A stretch of 64,000 nt of DNA from Octopus sinensis (taxonomy: Eukaryota): positions 65,100,001 through 65,164,000 of the forward strand of contig NC_043010.1 in the NCBI RefSeq assembly GCF_006345805.1, written 5' to 3'. Under the pieces are notes generated by a model. It did not search any database. It was given only the letters and a program-made list of their open reading frames with translations, and was not told the DNA's origin. The position numbers and the translations under genes were made by a program. Positions within the stretch are counted from its first letter, which is position 1; the number at the start of each line of letters is the position of its first letter. Below are positions 63,600-64,000 of the stretch, in pieces.

Positions 63600-64000
63600 A
63601 GGCGTATCGATTGAGGACCCTTATCAACAGAGTCAATTATTTGCCGAGGCTTTTTCAACTATTTTCAAACAAGATGATGGTCGTGAACCCCCTCCATTTG
63701 ATAGATCGGTACCTCCAATGCTTCGATTGATCATCACGCGGGACCAAGTCAAACGTGTTATTCAAGGCCTCGATGTCAACAAGGGTCACGGCCCTGACGG
63801 CATACACCCACGGGTTATCAAAGCGTTGGCTCCGGTCATCTGCGAGCCCTTAACACGACTATTCAATATGTCATTGGCGACGGTGTTATACCTGCAGACT
63901 GGAGAACAGCGATAATCTGCCCAATTTTCAAGAAAGGGAGCCGCGAAGACCCGCTTAACTACCGACCGGTTTCCCTTACATCAATAATCAGCAAGATGTT
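63600..64000 (+). mobile_element. CR1/L2-like LINE reverse transcriptase fragment, running off the window
   Basis: KGHGPDGIHPRVIKALA...PLTRLFNMSL...(frameshift)...DWRTAIICPIFKKGSREDPLNYRPVSLTSIISK. Confidence 0.85.

Overview
AT-rich, microsatellite-dense animal genomic DNA, probably cephalopod/Octopus (inferred from repeat content). The ORF track is almost all noise. By reading splice sites, I reconstruct the 3' part of one + strand gene (7371-56635, 23 exons, all GT-AG, phases compatible throughout). It encodes a receptor protein tyrosine phosphatase with five MEGF10/Draper/SREC-type EGF-like repeat exons, a TM helix, a juxtamembrane YEEI-x8-YVNM tyrosine pair, a D1 with intact catalytic motifs (KNRY, WPD, HCSAGVGRTG), an eroded pseudophosphatase D2 (HCRKNFHKSG) and a C-terminal YSNF. 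The 5' end lies upstream of the window. The ectodomain shows exon-pair duplication, a deletion-collapsed duplicate intron and a dead pseudo-exon. Introns hold Penelope-like elements (Neptune- and Naiad-type) with several hammerhead-ribozyme motifs, R4/Dong-like retrotransposons inserted in (TAA)n, mariner copies, tRNA-derived SINEs and LINE remnants. One hammerhead looks intact and others have variant cores. All calls are by eye; no searches were run.
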